A stretch of 64,000 nt of DNA from the human T2T-CHM13v2.0 reference genome, Homo sapiens, in the NCBI RefSeq assembly GCF_009914755.1, contig NC_060937.1; one strand, 5' to 3'. The notes below the pieces were generated by a model. The model was not told where the DNA came from, ran no database searches, and saw only the letters and a list, made by a program, of their open reading frames with translations. This document shows positions 44,401-64,000 of the stretch, in pieces. The first letter of the stretch is position 1; the number at the start of each line of letters is the position of its first letter. A program made the position numbers and the translations under genes.

Positions 44401-45240
44401 TACACCATGAGGCTGAGCCATTTTTCAAAGATGTCAAAATAGGAAAATAATAAAATGGAAGAAAACCCAGAATCCCATCCTCTGACTTGCTCCAGAGGCC
44501 TCCCCAACTCCAGGCCACCAGGAGCAGGGGCCCTGCAAAGGAACTCTCCCTGGGTAGAAATTCGCTGGTTTTTGCCTTCCACCAGATGTTGGCAACTTCA
44601 ATTTCATCTTTTTTGGCATTAGAGCTAACGTTAAAATGACTCAGGTCAAAAAAGAGTGATGTGCTGCAGCCCTGACAATGCTCCCAGTGAGAATTTGTGC
44701 AAAACTCTTCCCTGGATCTACAAAACTAGGGCCAGGCAGGGTGTTGGGGCTGTGACGACTGCATCTCTGCCTCCTCCTCTCTGCAGTGCGGCCTCTTCAC
44801 AGGCAGAGCATTCATTCTTCTTTAGCTTCTCACCAGCCCAGGATGCAGGGAAGAAGTAGCTTATCAGCACAGTCTTGGAATATTTTTACTTTACCAGCTG
44901 GGCTCCTATGAACAATGTGTCCAGCTATAGGTAAACAATGTGTGCAAATAATGTGAGAGTGACCGCACCATGTCAGGACCATGCAAGAAGCTGGCCAGAG
45001 GCACAAGCAGCAGATGGGATGCTGATGGGGGTGACCAAAATACAGTATGGGGCAGCTGCATGCCACGATCAATCTGCAGGGGTAGGGGAAAAATAACTCT
45101 GGGCCTGGCTAACATTTGCGTGGGGGAACATTGACCCAAGTCCCCAGGAGAACGTTGAAGAGAACCGCGGCTTATTGTCAAAGGGAAAAGTAACCGCAGA
45201 GTTTTCTTTCTGCTTCTAAGCAGATGGGAGGGGCGTAGCC
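41425..45240 (+). mobile_element. Highly decayed Ty3/Gypsy LTR-retrotransposon internal region (PNMA-like gag, CCHC, PR, RT, IN remnants)
   Basis: RT motif YLDDGIVFSRTLKKH at 43990-44034, preceded by IPFLA at 43896 and WDLNK at 43716 at roughly Gypsy spacing. Upstream are capsid-like HIFRG, QGSPAL and HMLLGASDPAVWLRCQVR, then TCGQKNGYH at 42202 and AVLDG at 42576. GHQ lies downstream at 44513. Confidence 0.6.
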
Positions 45241-45563
45241 TGCAGAACCAAGGGTGTGGGGGTCCTAGAATGTTGGTGGTGGTTGTTCAGCAAAGGGCTT
45301 CGCTTCTCGGCCTGCAGAACTTTCCGCCTATGAGTGTGGGTTACATCTATACATACACAGGAAATCATATACTCCCACTCAGCCACCCACATCTAAACAT
45401 GGTAGTATTAGGAAAAATAGGAAAGCAACATCCTACTAGATTACATTGCTTGCAGTGAAACCATTTAAACCCCTGAGCCTCTGTGTCACCAATTAACACT
45501 GTGTGTAAGGAGAATGCCTGCCCCGTGGGGGTTTGTAAAGACAAAATGTAAAAATAAAATGTA

Positions 45564-45679
45564 GGCTGGGCGCGGTGGCTCACGCCTGTAATCCCAGCAC
45601 TTTGGGAGGCCGAGGGCACGGATCACGAGGTCAGGAGATTGAGACCATCCTGGCTAACATGGTGAAACCCTGTCTCTAC

Positions 45680-45714
<35 letters not shown>

Positions 45715-45720
45715 CAAATA
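45564..45720 (+). mobile_element. AluY-type left monomer ending in (TAAA)n
   Basis: gatcacgaggtcaggagattgagaccatcctggctaac...ctctact(aaat)n. Right arm absent. Confidence 0.85.
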
Positions 45721-48090
45721 ATAAAATTAAATGTAGAGTGCTTGGTAAACTAAAGTTCTAAATAAATATTAGTTGTTACTATTATTATGTCAGAAGTACT
45801 AGTCACAAGACTGGAATACTTCACTTGAATAAGAACTCAGTGCAAAGAGGTTGGATAAATTGGTGAGTTTGAAACTGCAACAGGACTAAAAATATGCCAA
45901 TTAATTTATTAATGTATTCATATTTATTAACTTATTTATATTCAAATGAATTAAATATTTAGTGCATGCTTGGACCTGGGAGCACACAGCCATCAGTGCC
46001 ACATGAACTCTGTCCTCACTGCAGTTGTTTTCAGATGACCTCAGAGGAAAATAAGAGGGAAACCACTGGCAATTTCCTTCCGTTGATACCTTAGCTGACT
46101 ACATAGCTCATGTTAGGTCGGTCTTAATGAGGAAATCAGAATATTCGGGGCTTCAGTATTAAAACTACAAATCTCTATAGCAAGCATTCAGAGCTCTTTG
46201 GATTAGACATCAGTGGCTGCAGTAATGTTACCTGAGAAACCCACACACTTTCTGAACACTGGCATGAGTATCCTTTCCTTTCGGGCCACTATATATGGAA
46301 AAACACTTTCACCCATCACCCTAAGTGTCCCAAACTGCAGAAGAGGCAGATAGTAGCCAGCTAGTCCCTGTCAAAGGCCCATTGCCCTTTTCTGGGTCAG
46401 CCTGGTCCACCCAGCCTGAGGTGCTCTCTGAGACAGCCTAGCCACCACGCCACATGCCCTTCAGCCTAATCAGAGCATCAGGATGCTGTGCACGGCCATT
46501 AGCTGGGGTGACTCAGAATTATCTGCTGTAGAACACTGCTCCGAGTGAAGGATGTGGTCACTCAGACCACGTAGATGGTTCAAGCTCTTACTCCTCTGTC
46601 AGCTCAGTGCCTTCACAGTGGAAAGGAAGTGCATCTATTGATTTCTTGGCCAAAAGAACAAGTTAATACATTTTTAAAAACTTTGACATTTTGTCTTAAA
46701 GCAACAGTGGGCCTTGTTTAACTAAAATCTCATTTCTCCAGCCTAATTTTGCTGGAAAGGCCCCAAACCAAGGCAAGCCCCTGGGGGAGAGAGAGCAGCT
46801 AGGATGCTGACACCAGATGGCTTTGTTCCCCAGCCTTCAATATACTCAGTTACAAAATAACCACATCAGAGGTTTGATAAGATTATCCCCCAGGCCATTT
46901 TTCAGGTCTAAATGTTACCGTATTTTATACAAGAATACAGTATTTGAATCAATTCTCAGGGGACGCAGCCTTCAGGAGACACTGAAGGAATACAGACATT
47001 TTTTCTAGCCTCAAAAGCATGGTTTGCAAACTGGCTTGTTCTTTGTCGGAGAAAACCACACACGTGGCCATTGACGCCCTTGGTTGGCAGAGTTGACGGG
47101 ATTTTCTCTGGCTCTCACCTTGAGGGCATCATCAGCATCCTGAAGTCACTAGCAGGCCTCTGTGCAGATGTCCTTTCGAGGGGCTTCAGGCTGTGGAAGT
47201 GACCAGTGAACACAGGACCTGCCTGGACTCCCAGCCTCACAGCACAGCACCACAGCCTGGACTGCCATCTGCCTGATATTTGGTTTGGAACTTTACTCCA
47301 TCAAAGCCTCCAAATAAAAATATGTAGACTCCCCACCCTATCCCATCTGCTATAGGGTTCTAATTCCCCCACAGACATCCCATCACAGTGCTTTCCCCCA
47401 TGACGGGGGACCCCTGCGCTGGACTCCATCCCTCCCCTATCAGAAAAGCACAGGTGCTGTGGCATGAGTTCAACTGCCTGAAATTCCCTGATCTTCACAG
47501 TAATAATTCTAAAATAGGGCAACAATACCCCTGTCAGTGTTCTTGGGAGAACCTCTCATTATTTGAGGCCCCAGAAATGCAAACACCCTCCTGTTTTCCA
47601 GTGTGCTGTCAACCCTGGCATCAGAGCTGTTTCTGCCATGGATACTGGTAATTGACTTACTGGAGAAAGTCAAGCTTTTAAGTCCCAGGAATGAAGGGTT
47701 CCTATTTCCTTAAGCTGTGTTTATTTTTACACTATTGCTGGTAGAGTCAATGTGTACCGAGTGAAGATGAGGCAAAAGTGTCAAAGAGTGATTTCCAATA
47801 AAATGAAAAGTGATCTGCAGTTTCCACTTCCTTAACCAGCAGGAAACGTCTCTCCTGTAGCATCGGACAGTGGAGACAGTGGAGCTCAGTGTGGGGCCTC
47901 CTGGCTGAAGGAGCGGACAACACGGTGTCCCATCTCCCGAGATGCTCTATGCACCTCACCTGGCTGGTGATTTACTTGACAGAAACCCATGTGTGGAGTA
48001 GGGAGTGCTGCCTTTGGCATCTACCCATGTCCTGCTCTGGACTCTGCCTCTTAGCAAGGGTGACTTGTGGGCCCAACTCACCTGGTGGCT

Positions 48091-48477
<387 letters not shown>

Positions 48478-48788
48478 ACTTTAAGTCATTCATCAATTTT
48501 ATGTATTTACTATTTCTTCTCCCATTCCATAAAGCCTACAGTCATATAACAGAAAGGGAAAATCGGGACAGCCACATATAAATAAAGGTGCAAAGTTGAG
48601 GCAGGAGTGGACCTTAAGGGCCAAGCAGAGGTCATTGCTGAGCCCTGGTCATTTAGCCCTGGGCTTTCTGGAAGCCAGAGTGAAAAGACAGACACAATCA
48701 GCTGCATAAGAGTTATCAAAAAGCAGGAAGAGCGCTGATTTTCCTGGTAGTAAAGCAAGGGCTTTCCAAGAATTTACCTCTAAAGTAA

Positions 48789-49083
<295 letters not shown>

Positions 49084-49189
49084 TAAAGTAATTTCTTACT
49101 TGAGATTTTATTTCAGGCTACTGTGTCATGCACTGGGCAGTACAGGCTGGTGGGTGAGAGCACAGTGGTTTTTTTTTTTGTTTTGTTTT

Positions 49190-50110
<921 letters not shown>

Positions 50111-50228
50111 AGTGTCAGACAATGCTTTTTTATTATTTAAAGATGAGATACTCAGTACCTGAACACAATGACAAATTCTGTGATCTTCTGAAACTAACCT
50201 CCGGGTGTGGGAATTTGAAGGTTAGTGG

Positions 50229-57441
<7,213 letters not shown>

Positions 57442-57807
57442 TTTAGTGGACAAAGTGAGTAGCTATTTTTTCTGCTTTCGTCTCACTAAATCAAGTTTAA
57501 TAATCAGATTGCAATAACATAATAAATTTTATAGTAAGACTGTATATAATTACCTATATATTGGAAGACAAGGGAAAAGTTATAACTGTGAATGCTGATG
57601 AAGCTAACATTTTACCTGCATTTTGAAGTGTGAGTGAACATTCAACAGGAAAAAAGGGCAGAAAAAATTGCACTTATTTCATGGAATAAGATGTAAGAGA
57701 TATGAAAGAAAAATATGAGTAATGTAATAAGTAATGCTTTAAAAAAAAAAACTAGGGAAGCCATTAATGTACCGTCACTGTTACATTATGTTCAAAATGA
57801 GAACTAA

Positions 57808-58156
<349 letters not shown>

Positions 58157-58299
58157 TTAGATCTGTACTTTCTAACAGAGCAACACAACTAGCATTTCTA
58201 ACAAATGCTGCAAATCTTAAAGACGATGGTGTTCAGCATAATCTAAGAATACAGAGCATAAAAACCTATTTTAGAAAAAATATTAAAAGCATAATGGTA

Positions 58300-59400
58300 A
58301 AATTCAACACTTATTTTTAGAACCTACTGTGTGCCAGGCACTTTAAAAAATGTTTTTAATACAAGGATGAGCAAAATTGGTGAAATCTCTGCCCCTGTGG
58401 AGTGTCCAGTCTAATGAAAAAAGAGTAAGCAAGTTAAGAAGCAAATGCATAATATAGTGTTAGGTTGTGACAAGGGCTATGTGGAAAAAATAAAGCGTGG
58501 TTGAATATAGAATGACACAATGTGTGTGTGTAGAGAGTATTGTTGGAGAGAAGGCTCAGAAGTGAAAGAAATGATGAAAGAACCACACCAATATCTGATG
58601 CAAGAGGGAATAGCCAATCAGAAGCCTTAAGGCTGCAAGAGCTGGGAGGTTTAATAAACAGCAAGAAAAATAGTGCCAAAGTGATATAGAGTGGCAGAGG
58701 GAAAAGTAGTAAGTAAGAGATACAAAAGATAAGCAGGGCCCAGATTCCCTGTGGCCTGGGAGATAATGGTGAAGACTTATGGATTTGTTTCCTGTGATGA
58801 AAATCTGTTGTAGAATTTGAGCAGGAAATGATGTGATCTGATCTACGTTTTTGAAAGAATCATTCTGGCTCCTGTTTGGAAAATAGCTGGGATTGGGTTG
58901 GAAAAAAAAAAGTAATGGAAGTAGAGGCAACAGTCAGAAGTGACTGCAGTAATTTAGAAGAGAGATAACGGAACCATGGCCTCGGGTAGTATCTACAAAA
59001 AAGGTGAGAACTCGATTTAGGATGTGTTGTGAAGGTAAAGTTGACAGGCTTTGCCAATGGAATGGATGTGGAGTGTGTAAAACATAGGGAATCTGGGCTG
59101 ATTTTTAAATTGAGGGCCAGAGCCACTGGATAGTTAGAGATGATATTTCCACTAAGACTGGAAGTGAGGGGGAGCATCATATTTGGGGCAGGGAGGAATC
59201 AAAGTTTCTGTTTTGAGTAGTTAAATTCAGAATGCTTCTCAGATATCCCAGAGGAGGTGTTAATTTGGCAGTCAGGTATCTGAATCTGGACACAGAGGGG
59301 GAGGTCAAGGCTGGATGTGTTAGTTTAGAAATAACCAGCATTTGGGTAAGATTAAAACCTATGATATAGGATAAAATTATCTAGAGAGAGCATTTACTCA
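58300..59400 (-). mobile_element. L2 element, 3' ~1.1 kb
   Basis: attcaacacttattt...cctactgtgtgccaggcact...ttttgaaagaatcattctggct...ttgacaggctttgccaatggaatggatgtgg...agatatcccagaggag. Confidence 0.8.
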
Positions 59401-59787
59401 GAGAACTCTCAATATTCAGGAACACAAGCCTATCCAGACTGGCTCAGGATAAATAAAGTTTTATGTAGAAGACAAATAGTTGCCCATGTAGAACCAAAGA
59501 AAAGGCGCAAATAAATAAAAGCCCATCATCTCTCTTGGTTACATAGAATACATGAGGCAGTAAAGGATAAGGATTAAACTTTCAAGATGTGAATGTCTTG
59601 AATTCAGATGTCAAACAGAACTGAATTTGAATCTGTTTCCCACCAGCCAAATGAGTGTTTGGTGAAGATGACCATGATGATGATAATGACTTACATTTCT
59701 TAATGTTTCCCCTATGTGTGTAGGACTTTTAAACTTGTTCCAGTACAGGTAGGGAAAGGAAATTCACATTAGTTTATTCACATACAT

Positions 59788-59891
59788 AGAGAGAGAGTTG
59801 GGGTCTCTGCGTGCTGCCCAGGCTGGTCTCAAATTCCTGGGCTCAAATAATCCTCCTGCCTAGGTCTCCCAAAGTGCTGGGATTACAGGCA
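59788..59891 (-). mobile_element. Alu left monomer (FLAM/AluJ-type)
   Basis: ggggtctc...gcccaggctggtctcaaattcctgggctcaa...gattacaggcatgatccactgtgccc. Confidence 0.8.
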
Positions 59892-60718
59892 TGATCCACT
59901 GTGCCCTGCCCTAAATATATTTTATATATAGCAGGTAATAAAACAAGAACATGAGGATTACAATTTTTAATCACAGAGGGAAAGATTTTGTGAGAATAAC
60001 ATAATTTCATATTCAAACAGCAAGTCTTTAGCTAATTCTTTGATTAAAGTATTGACAAAACCATTTTGAAAAATGTTTCTGTGGCACTTTTACCTGTGAA
60101 GTTTTGAAAGATCTACACTTGGTAAATTTAGCATCTTTTAATTTTTCTTTCCCCTACAGTAATTACAAAATTCTGGAGGGGGAAAAAATGTAATATTCTC
60201 CAGGAATGAGAACGGAAGATAATACTTTGAGCTATACTAGACATAATCATTTTTGTACATGCACTTTCAGAAGAGGTCCCATGCTGTGGACTGAAATTCA
60301 AACAAAATACAGTAATTGTCTCTGGCATTAAATACCCATAGGCATATTTTTACAAGAACATACATTAGTATACGCCTGCTAGATACATAACAATGTGTGA
60401 GTATATTTTAAGAGAATCTTAATGTGACTAACAAATAGCAATCAAATTATTCACAATTTCAGGCTCAAAATTGAAAAGAAGAGGAATTTTTTTTACTAAA
60501 AAATTATATACACAGAAAGAGTGATGCAAAGTTGAGCATTAATGCAAATTAGGATGAAATACGAGAAGTAATCCTTGCCAACCATCTGCCTAGCTTCTCC
60601 CCACTTCTACCCTTCCCTAGCAGGGGTGAGCTATTTACCTCCTGGGGAGACGGGAAATGACAGAGAGTGAGAGGCTAATCAGAAATTTCAAGCACCCCCT
60701 TCTCTAAAAGCAGGAGGC

Positions 60719-61629
60719 TGTTGGTGAGTACTGGAATTTTGTTTTTCTAATTTGGTCTTGAGGTTTCTCTCTGGAAAATGGCTATGAATTCTAACCCTGC
60801 ACTGAAAGGGCTCCAGTATTTGGGTCATGGATGTCTACAGTGACTTCTTTATCCTAGTGGATGGCCTAATGCCTAAGTGTTGCCTAGTGCGTAAGCATCC
60901 AACCCATGACCAGGTGTCCCACTCACAGAAAACATGCTTATACCAGCAGGCACCCTCGTGGCTCTTGTCTGACCTATGTCCAGTTTATTTCTACCAAGAT
61001 ATCCATTGTCTAGGAGAGCTTTCCCTTGGAAAGAAGCTAGGTTCAGGTGTGTCAGTCAGGTGAGATGCAGAGGAGGCGATGCAACAAAAACCACACAATA
61101 ATAGGAGGAGTTTATTACTTACAGATTAGAGAAAAGGGCAGCACTCCTTGCAGAGCTGATGGGAAAGCGGAGCCATTCCAGACATACATGCTCTACCAGA
61201 ACCACAAAGTGCAGAGCAAAAGAGAGAGTGAGGGACCTGTGTGCTAAAGCTTTTATTGGAGTCCAGGGTATTATTAGGTGGGTTTCCATGGGAGTTCTAA
61301 TTTGCAAGTTTAAAACAAGCTGTTCCAAGTCCTGTGTGGCCACGCTGTTACCGAGAGGTTGTCGCTGCAGCATATCTGTACAGTCTATGGGGGATGGAGG
61401 AGTCAGTGGGGTAAGCCAATAGGTGGTACCTAACTGTCCCTTAGGGAAGGTGGTCAACAGCAGACAATTGTATAAGGGAGATATCTGGATTGACCATATT
61501 AAGGAACTGGGATGAAATAGAGAACTGGAAATTGTGCCAAGGGTGACTAAACCATGTTTCTTGTATGAGAAAGTCCAACTTATATTGAAAATGAATGCCA
61601 AGGCAATATAAAATTACAGGAATTCACAA
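60719..61629 (-). mobile_element. ERVL-class LTR, MER54-like
   Basis: The reverse complement begins ...gtgaattcctgtaattttatattgccttggcattcattttcaatataagttggactttctcatac...gtcacccttggcacaatttccagttctc, as recalled for MER54. tttatt (aataaa on the - strand) at ~61111. Confidence 0.7.
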
Positions 61630-63310
61630 CCATGCACCCCCATGCTCCTGAATTTTCAAGTCCAGACTCCCTATATGTAGCTGATAATATGGGTGCCAAG
61701 TAATCTGGAAATTCCTGGAATTTCTGCTGCTAATTGGAAATCCCAGCCCATTTCATTCAAGGTAATCTGCCTTTGGGTCCAAAGTCAGCATTTTATGACA
61801 CTTAGGTGCTCTCATCAAAGATGTGCGTATGAAATGGCTTAAGGAGAAAATAGACACAGAACAGCTTGCCTTTGCCCTGTAGAGCTCTCAGGTAGGTCCA
61901 GCCCATCCTGGGACTTGGAGTGATTTCAGATACTCTGAATGCCTCTGGTTCCCAAACTGCCATGGGCTTGCTGGTGGAACAAAAACAGACCTTGATACAC
62001 TTACTATGAATTATATATATGATTGGCTAACTGAAAGCAAAACCATAATGGAACATGACTGCAGACACGTATATATTCTCCCGGGGGTCCATGTTTTGTT
62101 GGGGCAAACATATCTCACCAGGTGAATGGCCTCAATGGCTGAAGGCAGCATGAACCCTAAACTCTTAGATACTTGGATAATTCATTGGGAACAACAACAG
62201 ACAGAGATGAAGCTAGTCTTTAAGAATATTCCCTACAAGCCAGCACAGACAAAAATCTTTCAGGTATAAAATTCTCTTCTTTCTTACTGTAGTGTATCTT
62301 TGGCAACATGGGTACACAGACTATGGAAAACTTAAGAATGTAAGTTACATTTTAGTAGCTCTGTTGGTGGAATATATATGTGTCCAAAGAGCTTTCTTAA
62401 TTGGATGTGGGCTTACCCTGTTCTACTTTAGTCCAGATTCCTTGTTATTAAGCTTTTTATTGCTGCAGCATATTCTCTAAATATAATTTACTCATGATAA
62501 TAATTAACATTACAGAAGAAAACTATAAATATAAGGTGATAATATAACATAAAATATATATTTATATGTCATATATTACATAGTAAATAAAATACATGTT
62601 AAATCAAAATAAAATAGTATTATAGGCTAAAATATATATGTACACATAAACATTTAGTGTAAATGTGCATATAAAAGGAGAAAAAAGGAAATACATTAAG
62701 ATGATAATACTGTAGGTAGGTAGGGAGATTGTGGTAGTTTACTTTTTCACATATTCCAAAATATTTAATTACTATTTTATAACTTACATAAATTGTAGAA
62801 TAACTTCTCTTGTTTAGTAGCAGCATAGAGAGGGGTAAAACTGGCAGAAATGGATATGTTTGATCAATGTTGATCCTTCAAACTACAGTGATCCACTTCT
62901 GAGAACAGGGACTCACATTTAATGAGGGAGTAAGCCACGTTCTTACAGAGCGTGAGATTCAGCTTCTCCTGTCATGAGATGGGGTCAGGCTCTGGGCCAG
63001 GAGAGCAATGGCCAGCTTTGGAAGCTATATCTCAGGTCACATTCAAAAGCACACATTTCCAATTCTTTTCCCAACGCTGCTTTTGTCACATTAGAATGAA
63101 ATTTGCCCTCTGTGTTGAAATATTCTATAAAAAACACAATCTTGCCTAAGTTAAAATTTAAAGTTAGCTTGTCTGACAGCTGGGATGTAAAGAGACAGTG
63201 AAAGGATTCTGACTTTTGGCATTGTCAGCAGTTTCCCTTGAGAGTGGAGCCATGTCTTTCTGCAACCTGCAGCTCTCGCTTTCCTGCTGTGACTGAGCCA
63301 GTGGGATCGT

Positions 63311-63329
63311 CGGCCAGGAGAGGGCGCCT
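63311..63329 (+). promoter_or_regulatory. Candidate CTCF motif
   Basis: cggccaggagagggcgcct resembles the CTCF core (CCASYAGRGGGCGC). It retains CpGs within apparently non-repeat DNA. Motif match only. Confidence 0.35.
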
Positions 63330-64000
63330 CACTCAGGTGAGACATAAATCCAACTGCACCCTATGAGGGCACTAGGAAGGTGAAACTCAATCCTCACCTA
63401 CACTTGCTCTGCTCTCTGCCGTTTCAGCATTCCACCTTAGGGCGTCAGGCTTAACTTTGCAGGTGTTAAATCTCCGTGTGTCCATGAAACACTTCAAGTA
63501 CTATTTCAGCAGCTTGGAGAAATCCCAAACACAAGTCAGGAAGTTATCTCCGTCAGAGGCTTGCCGCCTCACCCCTGCATGGCTCTCAGAGAAAGCTTCC
63601 TTTCTGTGAGACACATTCCAATCATCGCACTGTGGCTAAAAGCCTAAATATAGGAGAGACATTTGCCCAGATATAGCAAAGCCGATGTTGGTTTGCCTAG
63701 GCAATTTGATAAATGATGATTGTGTGCAAGTGTTGGCTAAATAGACCATAGACTACGTATTAAGATAACTTATGAGGTCTGCTGGAGAGAATGGGAAAGT
63801 GGGTGTGTGTGGATGTTTGGCACTGCCTGGGGCTATGGCTATAAGAACCTGAGTCTAGGATTTGCCATAGAATATTCTGTGAGCAAAAAAGACACCTAAT
63901 TCTCAGTTATAATCCTCATGAGAATTTTTATAATATTTTTTAAGCTGTGCAATCCACAGCTGTGTAACTGAGAAAAATCACTTAACCTGTCTGAACCTAG

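Overview
Repeat-dominated primate genomic DNA, most likely human: it carries an AluYa5-lineage element and an L1PA2-type 3' end. I see no intact protein-coding gene. Most listed ORFs are translations of L1, Alu or simple repeats, or chance ORFs in GC-rich DNA. The window is a mosaic of old L1M fragments, about 16 Alus, LTRs (MST, LTR22-like, MER67-like, MER11, MER54-like), L2/MIR, and a near full-length L1PA6-like element interrupted by a MER11 solo LTR. It also contains an unprocessed, exon-1-only LONRF2 pseudogene, which suggests a segmental duplication, plausibly pericentromeric (inference). The most unusual items are: (1) a highly decayed Ty3/Gypsy fossil at about 41.4-45.3 kb with PNMA-like gag, zinc knuckle, protease, RT (YLDD) and integrase remnants in the correct order; (2) a 12-unit, ~310-bp GC/CpG-rich tandem array at 20.3-23.65 kb that I cannot assign to a named satellite; (3) an L1PA2 insertion without an evident TSD directly upstream of the LONRF2 pseudo-exon; (4) two apparent DNA-repair capture events inside old L1s. 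I do not see evidence for a new functional biological system; these are fossils and structural features. All family assignments are by eye from recalled consensus sequences, and no searches were run.
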